Positions 17,626-27,791 of a stretch of 64,000 nt of DNA are shown here, in pieces. Position 1 is the first letter of the stretch, and every line of letters begins with the position of its first letter. Under the pieces are notes generated by a model. The model had not been told where the DNA came from. It searched no databases and worked only from the letters and a program-made list of their open reading frames with translations. The position numbers and the translations under genes were made by a program. The stretch is from the NCBI RefSeq assembly GCF_947487805.1, contig NZ_CANKXW010000001.1, positions 935,580-999,579 on the forward strand. The letters are read 5' to 3'. This stretch comes from an uncultured Tateyamaria sp. Lineage in GTDB: Bacteria; Pseudomonadota; Alphaproteobacteria; Rhodobacterales; Rhodobacteraceae.

Positions 17626-18723
17626 TCAGCTCGCCGGGGTCAGGAGGTCATCGGGTGCAAGCCCGCGCTGGCGGGGGGCATCCCACGGATGCCCGTTTTC
17701 CACAAGGTCATACGCGCCGTCACGGCCCACCAGCGTTGTCGCGGCAACACGGGGGTGGGCGCAGCCCTTGGCACAGCCCGACACATGCAGGCCGGGCCGT
17801 GCGATCCGTCGCGCCAGCGCGCGGGTGTCGACCGTGGCCGACGCGCAGGCCGATGCGCCGGGGCAGGCATGCACCTGCAAGAGAGGGTCGCGGGCGTCCG
17901 TGACGAACCCGTGCGGATTGCAGGCACGGGCGTTTTCGAGGGTGAACAGACGCCACGGCGTGACCCGTAGGGCAGTTGCCGCGCTGTCTGTGATCAGCGC
18001 GGCGAGGGCGCGGGCGTCGATGCTGCCGAAGGGCGCGCCAAAGGTGCCGTTGCCGGGCGTCACGGGCTGCGCCGTGGGGGCAGGCGCGCAGCCTTGCCAT
18101 GCGTCGGGCAGCGGGTGCTGCGCCAGATGGCGCGCCATACGGCCCGCGCTTGCGCCCCCGGTGTCCACGAACCATTGGGCCAGCGCCACCACGGCCTGCG
18201 CCGCGCCGTCCTCGGGCACCGTGATGCCGGTATCGGCCCCGTCGGCGCGCAGGATCAGACCGCCCGCCGCGCCACGCTCCAGCCGCATATCGGCAGAGGT
18301 ACCGCCCAGCCTCCGCCGGGCCCCTGTGTCCACTGCAATACCCATCTTGGCCGGTAGCGCGGGCAGGTCCGGCAGGGCCGCGATCAGGGCGCTGTGCAAC
18401 CGGTGGGTCAGGTCGCCCTCGGTCCAGTCAGGCGTCACCACGATGTTGCGGCGCGCCTCGTCCTCGGCCGTGGCGTCCAGCAGGCACAGATCAAAGAGCG
18501 CCTCAAGCGCCTTGCCGTGGTGATCTGCATCGAGCCCCCGCATTTGCAGGTTGGCACGGCTGGTCAGGTCGATGACGCTATTGCCCAGCTCCTGCGACAG
18601 GGCGCAAAGGCCCAGTGCCTGCGCGCGGTCCAGTCGCCCCAGACGGGGGCGTATGCGCACGATCAGCCCGTCGCCGGACATCATCGGGCGCCACGCGCCG
18701 GGGCACCAGCCCTTGACAGTCAT
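17626..18723 (-). CDS. cobG: precorrin-3B synthase CobG (oxygen-dependent route)
   Basis: MTVKGWCPGAWRPMMSGDGLIVRIRP... is the typical CobG N-terminus, and sulfite/nitrite-reductase-like repeats follow. It has an ATGA overlap with the cobN stop. Confidence 0.88.
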   Translation of the reverse strand: MTVKGWCPGAWRPMMSGDGLIVRIRPRLGRLDRAQALGLCALSQELGNSVIDLTSRANLQMRGLDADHHGKALEALFDLCLLDATAEDEARRNIVVTPDWTEGDLTHRLHSALIAALPDLPALPAKMGIAVDTGARRRLGGTSADMRLERGAAGGLILRADGADTGITVPEDGAAQAVVALAQWFVDTGGASAGRMARHLAQHPLPDAWQGCAPAPTAQPVTPGNGTFGAPFGSIDARALAALITDSAATALRVTPWRLFTLENARACNPHGFVTDARDPLLQVHACPGASACASATVDTRALARRIARPGLHVSGCAKGCAHPRVAATTLVGRDGAYDLVENGHPWDAPRQRGLAPDDLLTPAS

Positions 18724-21700
18724 TGCGCGGCCTCCAACGCGGCCCGGATCGAATTGCGCCGCGTGTGCCAGAGGCCTGCGGCATCGAGGGCCGCAAACTG
18801 GTCCTGCATGGCCTGGAACGCGCCGGGGTTGGCATCCCTGAGAAAGGCCGCGACCTCCGGATCTCCCAACGTCGCGTCGTGATAGGCGTCAAAGAGGTGC
18901 GGGCCGACCACGCCCGCCAGATGCGCAAAGGCCGCCATGTGATCCAGTGTGGCCGCAATCTCGGCGCCGCCACGAAAACCGTGGCGCATCATGCCACGCA
19001 GCCAGTCGGGCTGTGTTGCACGGGCCTGCACCACGCGGGCAATCTCTTCGGGCAGGGTGCGGGCGCGCGGGCGGTCGGGCTGCGTGCTGTCGAGGTGATA
19101 TAGCGCGGCTTGCCCACCTGTGACGGCTTGCGCGGCGGCAAACCCCGCCTCGTGCGCAGCATAGTCGGAGGCAAGGAGCACATCCGTCTCGGGCAAGTCC
19201 TGAAGGTGGACGAAGCTGTCGGCGGCGGCAACGCGGGCGCGGATGCCATGGTCGTCGCGCGTGGCGCTTGTGCCATCGAGCGCATAGGCGCTCGCCGAGA
19301 GCCAGGCGTTGCCCGCCGCCACACGCGCGTCGTCGGTGAAGGTCTCGATATCCGCGCCCATGCCAAGGCCAAAGTTGCCGGGCGCAGGGCCATAGACACG
19401 CGGGGTAACGGCGTGCCCGGCATACGGGTTCCAGTCGGGCGCCTCATCGCGCGCCGCCAGCGCCCGCACCGCCTGCGAGAACAGCGCGGAGAGCGTGGGA
19501 AAGACATCGCGGAAGAGGCCCGACACCCGCAGGGTCACGTCGATGCGCGGACGATCCAGATCGGTGATGGGCAGGACCTCTATCCCCGACACCCGCTCGG
19601 ACCCCTTGTCCCAGACAGGTTTTACGCCCAACAGATGCAGCGCCATGGCAAACTCTTCGCCCGCCGTGCGCATGGTGGCTGACCCCCAAAGATCCACGAT
19701 CAGACCGCGGGGCCAATCGCCCTCTTCCTGCAAATGGCGGCGCACCAGCTCTTCGGCCAGCTTCACGCCTTGCGCATGGGCCGCCCGCGTCGGCACGCCG
19801 CGCGGATCGGTCGTGAAGAGGTTCCGCCCCGTGGGCAAAACATCCCGCCGCCCGCGATAGGGGGACCCGGACGGCCCCCCGGCAATCCGCTTGCCGTTCA
19901 ACGCATCGATCAACGCCGTGCGCTCGGTCTGCGCCGATATCCCGTCGCCGTAGGGCGCACCTCTGCCCCAGACATGCAGGCCGTCGCCAAACTGGCTTTC
20001 CTTGATGTCACAGACAAAGCGGTCAATCCGCGTGATCGCCTCGGCACTACAGGACGCGCTTTCGAGGCCCAGATCCTGCTCGACCCCAATGGCCTGCGCC
20101 TCGGCGCGGATGTCGTCCTGCAACCGGTCGCGGCGTTTCGGGTCCAGCCCGTCGGCGTTGGAGAACTCATCGAGCAGGGTTTCAAGCCGCAGGAACCGGT
20201 CCGGCGTGGCGCTTGCCTTCATCGGGGGGGGCAGGTGGCCAAGGGTGACGGCGCCGATGCGCCGCTTGGCCTGCGCGGCCTCACCCGGATCGTTGACAAT
20301 AAAGGGATAGATCACCGGCATCGTTCCGGTCAGCACCTCGGGCCAGCAGGTGTCGGACAGGGCCACGGATTTGCCGGGCAGCCATTCCAGCGTGCCATGC
20401 GCGCCGATATGGATCAGTGCGTGCGTCTGGGTTTGCAGCCAGAGGTAGAACGCGACATAGGCGTGGCGCGGCACCCGCGACAGATCGTGATAGTCGTCGT
20501 CGCGCTGCGTTGGGTTCCCGCGTTCGGGTTGCAGTGCGATCAGGACCTTGCCGCGCCGCGTGGCGGCAAAGTGGAAATGGCCCGCATCGGTGTCTCCGTC
20601 TGGCTTGCCCCAAGCGGCCTCAAGATCGTCGCGCAAGGACTGGGGCAGGCGGGCAAGGGCGGCTTTGTATGCGGCCAGCGGCCATGTGACGGTTGTGGTC
20701 GCCAGCGCGTCCGTAACGGGGGTGAGATCAGTGTCATGGCCCGCTTCGCACAGATCCGACAGGATTGCCTCCGTCGAGGCAAGCGCATCCAGACCGACCG
20801 CATGGGCCATGTTCCAGTCCTTGCCCGGATAGGTGCTGAGCACCAGCGCCAGCGTCCGTTCTGCCGGGGGCGTCGCGGCCAGATCGACCCACGCCTTGAC
20901 CCGATCCGCCACCCTTTCGATGCACTGGGCGTCTGCCTTGTGGGCATAGCGGGCAAATTGCAGCGCCTCATCGCGCGGTTGTGGTTCCTTGAATGACGCG
21001 ACTCCGGCAAAGAGGCGGCCATCGACCTCTGGCAAGACCACGTGCATGGCCAGATCCGTTGGTGACAGACCGCGTTCGGCTTCGGCCCATGCCTCGCGCG
21101 TGGAGGTGGCCAGCGCGATCTGGAACACTGGAACGTCGCCCGCATCAAGCGGCGAGGCACCATTCGCGCCGATCCCGGAAAAGGCGGTGGCATTGACGAT
21201 GGCCGCGGGGCGCAGATGCGCGATCTGGCGGGCCATCCACGCTGCGGCCTCCGCTGCCTTGAGCGACGGCGCAAAGAGCGCCAGCACCCGGAACCCGCGC
21301 GCGCGGAGCGCTGCAAAAAGCGCCTCGATCGGCGACAGGTCGGCGGCGGCCAGATAGGCACGGTAGAAGGTAACGACGACCAGAGGGCGCGTATCCGCGC
21401 CCAGAACCAGCGGGCAGGCGACGCCATCCTCCGGGGTCCATGCGCCCACGGACGGGAGCGATTTGGACCCGCGCACCGGTCCTGCGTACAGGCCCGAGGC
21501 CAGGGCCATCTGCGCCAATGCCGCCTGTGCCGCAACTGCGCCGCCGGTGTCGCAGAGATGCGCAAGACGGCGCAGCGTGGAGACCGGAAGGGTGGACACC
21601 TCGTCCAGCCGGGGGTCGGCGCGGCCATCGGCGGGCAAGACAGCCAGCGCGATGCCCTTGGCCCGGCACAGCGCCTCAACCTGTTGCAACCCGTAGGACC

Positions 21701-21986
21701 AGTAAGGCACGCCGCCGATCAGGCGGATCAGGATGCCCTTGGCCCCCTCGAGCGTCTGTTCGACATATGTGTCGACCGACAGCGGATGTTTGAGGCCCAC
21801 CAGATTGGCGACGCGTAGGGTGGGCAATTTGCCCACCGCACCCCCACCCCGGTGCCAGCCCGCCGCAAAGGCCCCAAGGTCACTGTCAGAGAACGACAGC
21901 ACCACCAGATCCGCGGGCGTCTGCCCCAGATCTGTCGGCGTCTCGGTCTCTTCGAGCCCGTGGCTTTCGCGGAAAACGACGTGCAT
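18720..21986 (-). CDS. cobN: cobaltochelatase large subunit CobN
   Basis: A 1088-aa ORF of the CobN/Mg-chelatase family (...HIGAHGTLEWLPGK..., ...LSRVPRHAYVAFYLWL...). Confidence 0.95.
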   Translation of the reverse strand: MHVVFRESHGLEETETPTDLGQTPADLVVLSFSDSDLGAFAAGWHRGGGAVGKLPTLRVANLVGLKHPLSVDTYVEQTLEGAKGILIRLIGGVPYWSYGLQQVEALCRAKGIALAVLPADGRADPRLDEVSTLPVSTLRRLAHLCDTGGAVAAQAALAQMALASGLYAGPVRGSKSLPSVGAWTPEDGVACPLVLGADTRPLVVVTFYRAYLAAADLSPIEALFAALRARGFRVLALFAPSLKAAEAAAWMARQIAHLRPAAIVNATAFSGIGANGASPLDAGDVPVFQIALATSTREAWAEAERGLSPTDLAMHVVLPEVDGRLFAGVASFKEPQPRDEALQFARYAHKADAQCIERVADRVKAWVDLAATPPAERTLALVLSTYPGKDWNMAHAVGLDALASTEAILSDLCEAGHDTDLTPVTDALATTTVTWPLAAYKAALARLPQSLRDDLEAAWGKPDGDTDAGHFHFAATRRGKVLIALQPERGNPTQRDDDYHDLSRVPRHAYVAFYLWLQTQTHALIHIGAHGTLEWLPGKSVALSDTCWPEVLTGTMPVIYPFIVNDPGEAAQAKRRIGAVTLGHLPPPMKASATPDRFLRLETLLDEFSNADGLDPKRRDRLQDDIRAEAQAIGVEQDLGLESASCSAEAITRIDRFVCDIKESQFGDGLHVWGRGAPYGDGISAQTERTALIDALNGKRIAGGPSGSPYRGRRDVLPTGRNLFTTDPRGVPTRAAHAQGVKLAEELVRRHLQEEGDWPRGLIVDLWGSATMRTAGEEFAMALHLLGVKPVWDKGSERVSGIEVLPITDLDRPRIDVTLRVSGLFRDVFPTLSALFSQAVRALAARDEAPDWNPYAGHAVTPRVYGPAPGNFGLGMGADIETFTDDARVAAGNAWLSASAYALDGTSATRDDHGIRARVAAADSFVHLQDLPETDVLLASDYAAHEAGFAAAQAVTGGQAALYHLDSTQPDRPRARTLPEEIARVVQARATQPDWLRGMMRHGFRGGAEIAATLDHMAAFAHLAGVVGPHLFDAYHDATLGDPEVAAFLRDANPGAFQAMQDQFAALDAAGLWHTRRNSIRAALEAAQ

Positions 21987-21998
21987 GGGTGACTTTCT

Positions 21999-23054
21999 TT
22001 ACTCGGCGGCTGCCAGAGCGTCGGTCAAAGCGGCGCGGATCGCTGTTTCGTTCACGTCGTCATGTTCGGCAATCACGACCAAACGACCCTGACGTGCCTC
22101 ATTCGGCCCCCACGGGCGGTCGAACTGGTGCCGCACGCGCGCGCCGACGGCCTGTACCAGCAGGCGCATCGGCTTGCCCGTGACGGCGGCGTAGCCTTTG
22201 ACACGCAGGATGTTCTGGGCCTTGGCCATCGCCTCGATCCGGGCGACCAGTTCGGCGGGGTCGGTGACCTCGGGGATGTCGATGATGACGCTCTCGAAAT
22301 CGTCGTGCTCGTGATCGTCGTGCCCATCGTGGTGGCTGGGGCGCGCGTCCATGTCGTCTTCGGCCGCAGCCTCAAGCCCAAGCAAAACGCGAGGGTCCAC
22401 AACGCCTTCGGCCACTTCGACGACGGGCAGGGGGCGAGGGGCTTCGGCGGCGATGATCGCCTTCGCCTTGGCGACGCCGTCGGGACCGGCCAGGTCGGGT
22501 TTGGTCAGCAGGATGATGTCGGCGCAGCTGATCTGGTCCTCGAAGACCTCCGAAAGGGGTGTCTCGTGGTCGAGGCTGTCATCGGCCTCGCGCTGGGCAT
22601 CGACGGCGGCGACATCTGGCGCGAAACGGCCCGCGGCGACCGCCTCGGCATCGGCGAGCGCAATCACGCCATCCACAGTGATGCGGCTGCGGATATCCGG
22701 CCAGTCGAACGCCTTGAGCAGGGGTTTTGGCAGGGCAAGGCCGGATGTCTCGATCAGGATGTGCTCGGGCTGCGGGTCCAGCGCCATGAGCGCCTCGATC
22801 GTCGGGATGAAGTCATCCGCCACGGTGCAGCAGATGCAGCCATTGGCCAGTTCCATGATGTTCTCTGCGGGGCAATCAGGGATCGCGCAAGATTTCAGGA
22901 TCTCGCCATCGACACCCACATCACCAAACTCGTTGACAACGACGGCAAGGCGCTTGCCTTGCGGGTTCTGCATCAGGTGACGCACGAGGGTCGTCTTGCC
23001 GGAACCGAGAAATCCGGTGATGACGGTAACGGGTACTTTGTTGAGGTTGGCCAT
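21999..23054 (-). CDS. cobW: cobalamin biosynthesis GTPase/metallochaperone CobW
   Basis: ORF 21999..23168(-). The start is ATG 23054 (MANLNKVPVTVITGFLGSGKTTL...). The GCICC motif and the His/Asp-rich stretch HHDGHDDHEHDD are present. Confidence 0.92.
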   Translation of the reverse strand: MANLNKVPVTVITGFLGSGKTTLVRHLMQNPQGKRLAVVVNEFGDVGVDGEILKSCAIPDCPAENIMELANGCICCTVADDFIPTIEALMALDPQPEHILIETSGLALPKPLLKAFDWPDIRSRITVDGVIALADAEAVAAGRFAPDVAAVDAQREADDSLDHETPLSEVFEDQISCADIILLTKPDLAGPDGVAKAKAIIAAEAPRPLPVVEVAEGVVDPRVLLGLEAAAEDDMDARPSHHDGHDDHEHDDFESVIIDIPEVTDPAELVARIEAMAKAQNILRVKGYAAVTGKPMRLLVQAVGARVRHQFDRPWGPNEARQGRLVVIAEHDDVNETAIRAALTDALAAAE

Positions 23055-23055
23055 C

Positions 23056-23430
23056 TCAGAACTCCTGTGGCGGGATGCGGGCGATGCAATTTTTGCGGAA
23101 GTGTTCGGGGCGTTCGCGCCATGGGACGAGCCCGTCGGCGGTGGCGGCATATTTGGCGATGCCGTCAACGACCATATCGGCGTCGCGGTCCTCCATCAGG
23201 TTGCCATAGACATAGGTCCAGCGCTGGGCGCCGCCGCGCACGGCGACGGAACACCCCGATGAGCAGTTGGACAGGCATTCCACGGCTTTCAGCGTCACAC
23301 CCTCGGGCATGGTGCGGTCCGCAAGTTCGGCATGCAGCGCCTCGCCGGGGCGGGTGCCGCCCTCGGGGATGTCCATCTCGCGGCGGCACTTGACGCAGAC
23401 CAACAGCTCTACGGGGGGTAAATCGCTCAT
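23056..23430 (-). CDS. DUF1636-like small Cys-rich (metal-binding, thioredoxin-like [2Fe-2S]-type) protein, first gene after the riboswitch
   Basis: ORF 23056..23751(-). The start is ATG 23430 (MSDLPPVELLVCVKCRR...CLSNCSSGCS...). Its stop lies 1 nt before the cobW ATG. The family name is from memory and is not verified. Confidence 0.7.
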   Translation of the reverse strand: MSDLPPVELLVCVKCRREMDIPEGGTRPGEALHAELADRTMPEGVTLKAVECLSNCSSGCSVAVRGGAQRWTYVYGNLMEDRDADMVVDGIAKYAATADGLVPWRERPEHFRKNCIARIPPQEF

Positions 23431-23524
23431 CTCGGTTCCCAAGTCTTGGGCGGCGGCTGGGATGGCGGGCGGCACGCGTGCCAATCTGACCCGACACCCG
23501 GAAACACCCCGTCCGGTTTCGTCA

Positions 23525-23715
23525 AACTTCTCTTGCTGGCAGGTCTCCCGGCTTGCGGATGTCGAGGTTTCCCTCGATGGCGGCCCTGCCTTCCCGACCC
23601 GGTGGGGCAGTGGCGTCGGGCGACCTCTCCGGTCACGGTCGCGGGGGCGGCTGCGTTTTGGTGCGTTGCGGCACCGTCTGCATTCCCTTTTCACCCGAGT
23701 GTCCCCGGGCACCAG
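23525..23715 (-). promoter_or_regulatory. cobalamin (B12) riboswitch
   Basis: The minus strand reads GGTGCCCGGGGACACTCGGGTGAAAAGGGAATG...GCAAGCCGGGAGACCTGCCAG. The B12 box (AGCCGGGAGACCTGCC, plus-strand 23539-23554) and the GGGAA core are present, upstream of the DUF1636-cobW-cobN... operon. The 3' boundary is approximate. Confidence 0.88.
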
Positions 23716-24014
23716 CACATCCCTAGTGCGCGGGGGCAGGGCCCGAGTCAAGCGGGGTTGTGCAACGCTCCGGCACGGAATCAGGGCCGTAGGCCGCCGT
23801 GCCAGCGCCGAACCGCGGCCCGGGGCGGCGCTATGTCAACGCAAGTACATCGCTAACGCGGCGCGGCCATGGCTGCCATAAATCGAGTGGAACACAGGTA
23901 GGATGCGCCACCCCGCGAAATCGGCCTTGGCACGGTTTGCGCATTTTGACCTCTGGCAGTTGCAATCCAGCCATGCCAAACACGGTCCCGAACCAAACCG
24001 CCCGGAGGCCGCCC

Positions 24015-24626
24015 ATGGACGACATCACCGCCCGCCACAACGCCAAGATGAAAAAAATCAAGGCCGCCCGCGACAAGATGATGGAGACCAAGACCGAGGA
24101 GAAAGGTCTGATCATGGTCCATACCGGGCCGGGCAAGGGCAAGTCGTCGTCCGGGTTCGGAATGATCATGCGCTGCATCTCGCACGGCATGCCCTGTGCG
24201 GTCGTACAGTTCATCAAGGGCAACTGGGACACGGGCGAAAAGACGTTCCTGCGCGAAAGGTTTGCGGATGAATGCCGGTTTTTCGTCTCGGGTGAGGGCT
24301 TTACCTGGGAAACCCAGGACCGCGAACGCGACATCGCAGCGGCCCGGAACGGCTGGCGCATCGCCAAGGAACAGATCCTGGACCCGGACATTCAGTTCGT
24401 GCTTCTGGACGAGATCAACATCGCGCTGCGCTATGACTATCTGGATATCGACGAGGTGGTCGATTTCCTGATGAACGAGAAACCCGCAATGACCCACGTG
24501 GTCCTTACGGGCCGCAACGCCAAGCCGGAGCTGATCGAGGCGGCGGATCTGGTGACCGAGATGACGCTGATAAAACACCCGTTCAAGGATCTGGGCGTGA
24601 AGGCCCAGAAGGGCGTGGAGTTCTGA
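24015..24626 (+). CDS. cobO: cob(I)yrinic acid a,c-diamide adenosyltransferase CobO
   Basis: ORF 23799..24626(+). The start is ATG 24015 (GGAGG 6 nt upstream), and ATG 23973 is an alternative. ...MVHTGPGKGKSSSGFG... and ...LLDEINIALRY... are typical CobO/BtuR motifs. Confidence 0.92.
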   Translation: MDDITARHNAKMKKIKAARDKMMETKTEEKGLIMVHTGPGKGKSSSGFGMIMRCISHGMPCAVVQFIKGNWDTGEKTFLRERFADECRFFVSGEGFTWETQDRERDIAAARNGWRIAKEQILDPDIQFVLLDEINIALRYDYLDIDEVVDFLMNEKPAMTHVVLTGRNAKPELIEAADLVTEMTLIKHPFKDLGVKAQKGVEF

Positions 24627-24691
24627 GCGGCCATGTCTCAGGCGAACAGGGAACGGCATAGGCAGGCCCATGGCAGCATCGGACAGGCCGC

Positions 24692-25156
24692 ATGATCATC
24701 GGTCATTTGCCCGCCGGATACCTCGCCGCCTGCGCGCTTGACGCGCCGTTTGACCGCGACCGCGTCGTGTTCTGGAGCGTGCTTGCCGGCGCGGTGTTGC
24801 CGGACCTCGACATGCTGCGGTTCTTCTTTGTGGATCACGGGGCGGTGCATCACCACACCTACCTGACCCATGATCCGACCCTGTGGCTCGGTGTGCTGAT
24901 CCTCGGGTTTCTGTTCACCTCGCGGGTGTTGATCGGGGTCGGCATCGGCACGATGCTGCACATGCTGCTCGACACGGTCGCAGGCGCGATCAGCTGGGGG
25001 TTCGGGCCGCTGTCGGTGTCCGGCCCCATCGTGACCGTGCCCGCCACACAGGACCACTGGGTGCTGTCCTTTGTATTTCACTGGACCTTTACGCTCGAAT
25101 TGGCGCTTTGCGCGGCGGCGGCCTATGTGTTTCTGCGTCGCAGAGGGCGCGCATGA
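24692..25156 (+). CDS. YdjM-like membrane-bound metal-dependent hydrolase (DUF457-type)
   Basis: A 154-aa hydrophobic ORF ([11 protein letters not shown]...) with the His cluster [14 protein letters not shown]. Its stop overlaps the cobQ ATG (ATGA at 25153-25156). The family call is from memory. Confidence 0.6.
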   Translation: MIIGHLPAGYLAACALDAPFDRDRVVFWSVLAGAVLPDLDMLRFFFVDHGAVHHHTYLTHDPTLWLGVLILGFLFTSRVLIGVGIGTMLHMLLDTVAGAISWGFGPLSVSGPIVTVPATQDHWVLSFVFHWTFTLELALCAAAAYVFLRRRGRA

Positions 25157-26601
25157 CCAAAGCGCTGATGATCCAGGGCACAGGCTCCAACGTGGGCAAG
25201 TCGATGCTGGTGGCGGGGCTGTGCCGCGCAGCGGTGAAGCGCGGTCTGTCGGTGGCACCGTTCAAGCCGCAGAACATGTCCAACAATGCCGCCGTCACCG
25301 CCAATGGTGGCGAGATCGGGCGCGCGCAGGCCTTGCAGGCCATGGCGTGCGGTCTCGCGCCACATACGGACATGAACCCCGTCCTGCTGAAACCCGAAAC
25401 GGATGTGGGCAGCCAGGTCGTGGTGCAGGGCAAGCGCATCGCCACTGTCAAGGCGCGCGACTATCCGGCGATGAAGCCATCGCTGATGGCGCCGGTACTG
25501 GACAGTTTCAACCGCCTGAAAACACAGCATGATCTGGTGCTGGTCGAAGGGGCGGGCAGCCCCGCAGAGGTCAACCTGCGCCCCGGTGACATCGCCAATA
25601 TGGGCTTTGCCCGCGCGGCCGACTGCCCCGTCATCCTGGCGGGAGACATCGATCGGGGCGGGGTCATCGCGCAAATCGTCGGCACGCAGGCGGTGATTGA
25701 CGCAAGCGACGCGGCGATGATCGCTGGCTTTGTCATCAACCGGTTCCGGGGGGATCCGCGCCTGTTTGACGACGGGTACGCGATGATCGCACAGCACACA
25801 GGCTGGCGCGGGTTTGGCGTGGTGCCGTGGTTTGGCGACGCATGGAAACTGCCGGCCGAGGACGCGCTTGATATCAGCACGCCCGAACGCTCGGACGGGC
25901 TGCACGTGGTGTGTCTCAAACTGTCGCGGATCTCGAATTTCGACGACATGGACCCGTTGGCGCAAGAGCCGGGCGTGCGGTTGACCATGCTGCACGCCGG
26001 TCAGCCCCTGCCGGGCGATACGGATGTGGTGATCCTGCCCGGCAGCAAATCGACGCGCGGCGACCTTGCATTCCTGCGCGCCCAAGGCTGGGACGAGGAC
26101 ATCCGCGCCCATGTGCGGCGCGGCGGCCATGTGCTGGGCATTTGCGGCGGCTATCAGATGCTGGGCGACGCGGTCGATGACCCCGAAGGGATCGAAGGGT
26201 TGCCGGGCCGGGCCGAGGGCCTGGGGCTCCTGGATGTCAGCACGGTGATGACGGGCGACAAGCGCCTGACCGAAGTGGCGGCGACCCATGTGGCCAGCGG
26301 ATGCGCCATCCAGGGCTATGAAATGCACAAGGGGGTGACGACGGGCCCCGATTGCGCGCGCCCCTTTGCGGATCTGTCGGGCAAACCGGACGGTGCGGCG
26401 CGCGCCGACGGGCGCGTGGTCGGCAGCTACCTGCACGGCATGTTCCGCGATGATGCGTTCCGGCGGCACTGGCTGGCGCAGATGGGGGCGACGGTCGGGA
26501 ACACGTCCTATGCCGACACGGTCGAACAGACGCTGGATGCGCTGGCCGATCATCTGGAGCAGCATCTGGACATCGACGCAGTTCTGGCTTGCGCGCGCTA
26601 G
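25153..26601 (+). CDS. cobQ: cobyric acid synthase CobQ
   Basis: ORF 24883..26601(+). The start is ATG 25153 ([25 protein letters not shown]...), and the C-terminal GATase region ...[13 protein letters not shown]... is present. Confidence 0.95.
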   Translation: MTKALMIQGTGSNVGKSMLVAGLCRAAVKRGLSVAPFKPQNMSNNAAVTANGGEIGRAQALQAMACGLAPHTDMNPVLLKPETDVGSQVVVQGKRIATVKARDYPAMKPSLMAPVLDSFNRLKTQHDLVLVEGAGSPAEVNLRPGDIANMGFARAADCPVILAGDIDRGGVIAQIVGTQAVIDASDAAMIAGFVINRFRGDPRLFDDGYAMIAQHTGWRGFGVVPWFGDAWKLPAEDALDISTPERSDGLHVVCLKLSRISNFDDMDPLAQEPGVRLTMLHAGQPLPGDTDVVILPGSKSTRGDLAFLRAQGWDEDIRAHVRRGGHVLGICGGYQMLGDAVDDPEGIEGLPGRAEGLGLLDVSTVMTGDKRLTEVAATHVASGCAIQGYEMHKGVTTGPDCARPFADLSGKPDGAARADGRVVGSYLHGMFRDDAFRRHWLAQMGATVGNTSYADTVEQTLDALADHLEQHLDIDAVLACAR

Positions 26602-26624
26602 ATCAATCGCGGACAGTTCCCACC

Positions 26625-27017
26625 ATGCCGCACATCATCCTCGAATACTCCGCCAATCTGGATGCGAAACTGGACATGAGCGGCCTGTGCACGGCCCTCA
26701 AGGACGCCGCCGCGGCGACCGGGGTGTTCCCGCCCGCAGGCATCCGTGTGCGCGCCTTTGCCGCCAGCCACGTGATCATCGCCGATGCCGATCCGGGGCA
26801 CGGGTTCATCGACATCACCCTGCGGCTGGCCCATGGCCGCGACGGCCAGGCCAAAACGCTGGCCCTCGACGCCGTGTTCGATGCCGCGCGCGCCTATACG
26901 GCGGATGTGATGGCCCACAGCCCCTTTATGCTTTCGGCCGAATTGCGCGAGATTGATGGTCAGTTCAGCCGCAAGGCCAGTTCCATCCGCGACTACCTCC
27001 CGCCCGAGATGCACTGA
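26625..27017 (+). CDS. 5-carboxymethyl-2-hydroxymuconate isomerase (CHMI)-family protein
   Basis: The start is ATG 26625. MPHIILEYSANL... is the characteristic CHMI-family N-terminus, and the protein is about 130 aa. Confidence 0.78.
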   Translation: MPHIILEYSANLDAKLDMSGLCTALKDAAAATGVFPPAGIRVRAFAASHVIIADADPGHGFIDITLRLAHGRDGQAKTLALDAVFDAARAYTADVMAHSPFMLSAELREIDGQFSRKASSIRDYLPPEMH

Positions 27018-27752
27018 TCAGTCGAAGGTGAATTCCGGCAACTGGTCAAAGGCCAGCGTCAGCGCCTCGCCCCACCCGTTCGACACCGCCTGGTAATAGG
27101 CGTCGTCCTGCGCGACCCGGCCCGCGTAGCCGATGCGGAGGCTGTCGGCGGCATAGGCTATGTAATCCAGCGGCAACCCGACGCTGAGGTTCGATTTGAT
27201 CGTGGAATCAAAGCTGACCATCAAAAGCTTCAGCGCCTGTTCAAAGGACATGTCGGCGTGCAGCGCGCGCACGAGGATGGGTTTGCCGTACTTGGTCTCG
27301 CCAATCTGGAAAAACGGGGTGTCCTCCGAAGCTTCGATGAAATTGCCTTCGGGATAGATCAGGAACAGGCGCGGCGGCGATCCGGCGATCTGGCCGCCCA
27401 CGATCATGGTGGCCCCGAATGCGCCGTCCGCCTCCATGCCTGTGGTGGCGTTGGCGGCGATGACCTCCTTGAGGGTGCGCCCCACCTCGCGGGCGATCTG
27501 GAACATCGACGGTGCCTCGAGGATCGACGGCTTGCGGTCTTCGGGCGCCTTGGTGCGTTCGTCCAGCAGGCTGATCACCGATTGCGTCGTAGCCAGGTTG
27601 CCTGCGGTCATGATCACGATGCTGCGGTCGCCGGGGATTTCCCAGCTGTGCATTTTCTTTACGGTCGAGATGTTGTCGACACCCGCATTTGTGCGCGTGT
27701 CCGACATGAAAATCAGCCCTGCGTCCAACCGCATTCCAACGCAGTATGTCAT
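27018..27752 (-). CDS. Anbu-type proteasome-like peptidase (proteasome beta-subunit homologue)
   Basis: A 244-aa ORF starting MTYCVGMRLDAGLIFMSDTRTNAG..., with Thr directly after the initiator Met as in Ntn hydrolases. It is the last gene of the ATP-grasp/alpha-E/transglutaminase operon. Confidence 0.85.
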   Translation of the reverse strand: MTYCVGMRLDAGLIFMSDTRTNAGVDNISTVKKMHSWEIPGDRSIVIMTAGNLATTQSVISLLDERTKAPEDRKPSILEAPSMFQIAREVGRTLKEVIAANATTGMEADGAFGATMIVGGQIAGSPPRLFLIYPEGNFIEASEDTPFFQIGETKYGKPILVRALHADMSFEQALKLLMVSFDSTIKSNLSVGLPLDYIAYAADSLRIGYAGRVAQDDAYYQAVSNGWGEALTLAFDQLPEFTFD

Positions 27753-27791
27753 AATCTTGTGTGCCTTTTGCCCGAGTCGTCCAAATGTGCG

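Noticed and set aside
18720-21986. CobN at 1088 aa seemed short compared with the roughly 1250-aa Pseudomonas-type protein, which could indicate a truncation or pseudogene.
   Set aside because: The frame is uninterrupted from a sensible start (12 nt after cobW) to an ATGA overlap with cobG. The conserved CobN blocks are present throughout, so a shorter lineage variant is more likely.
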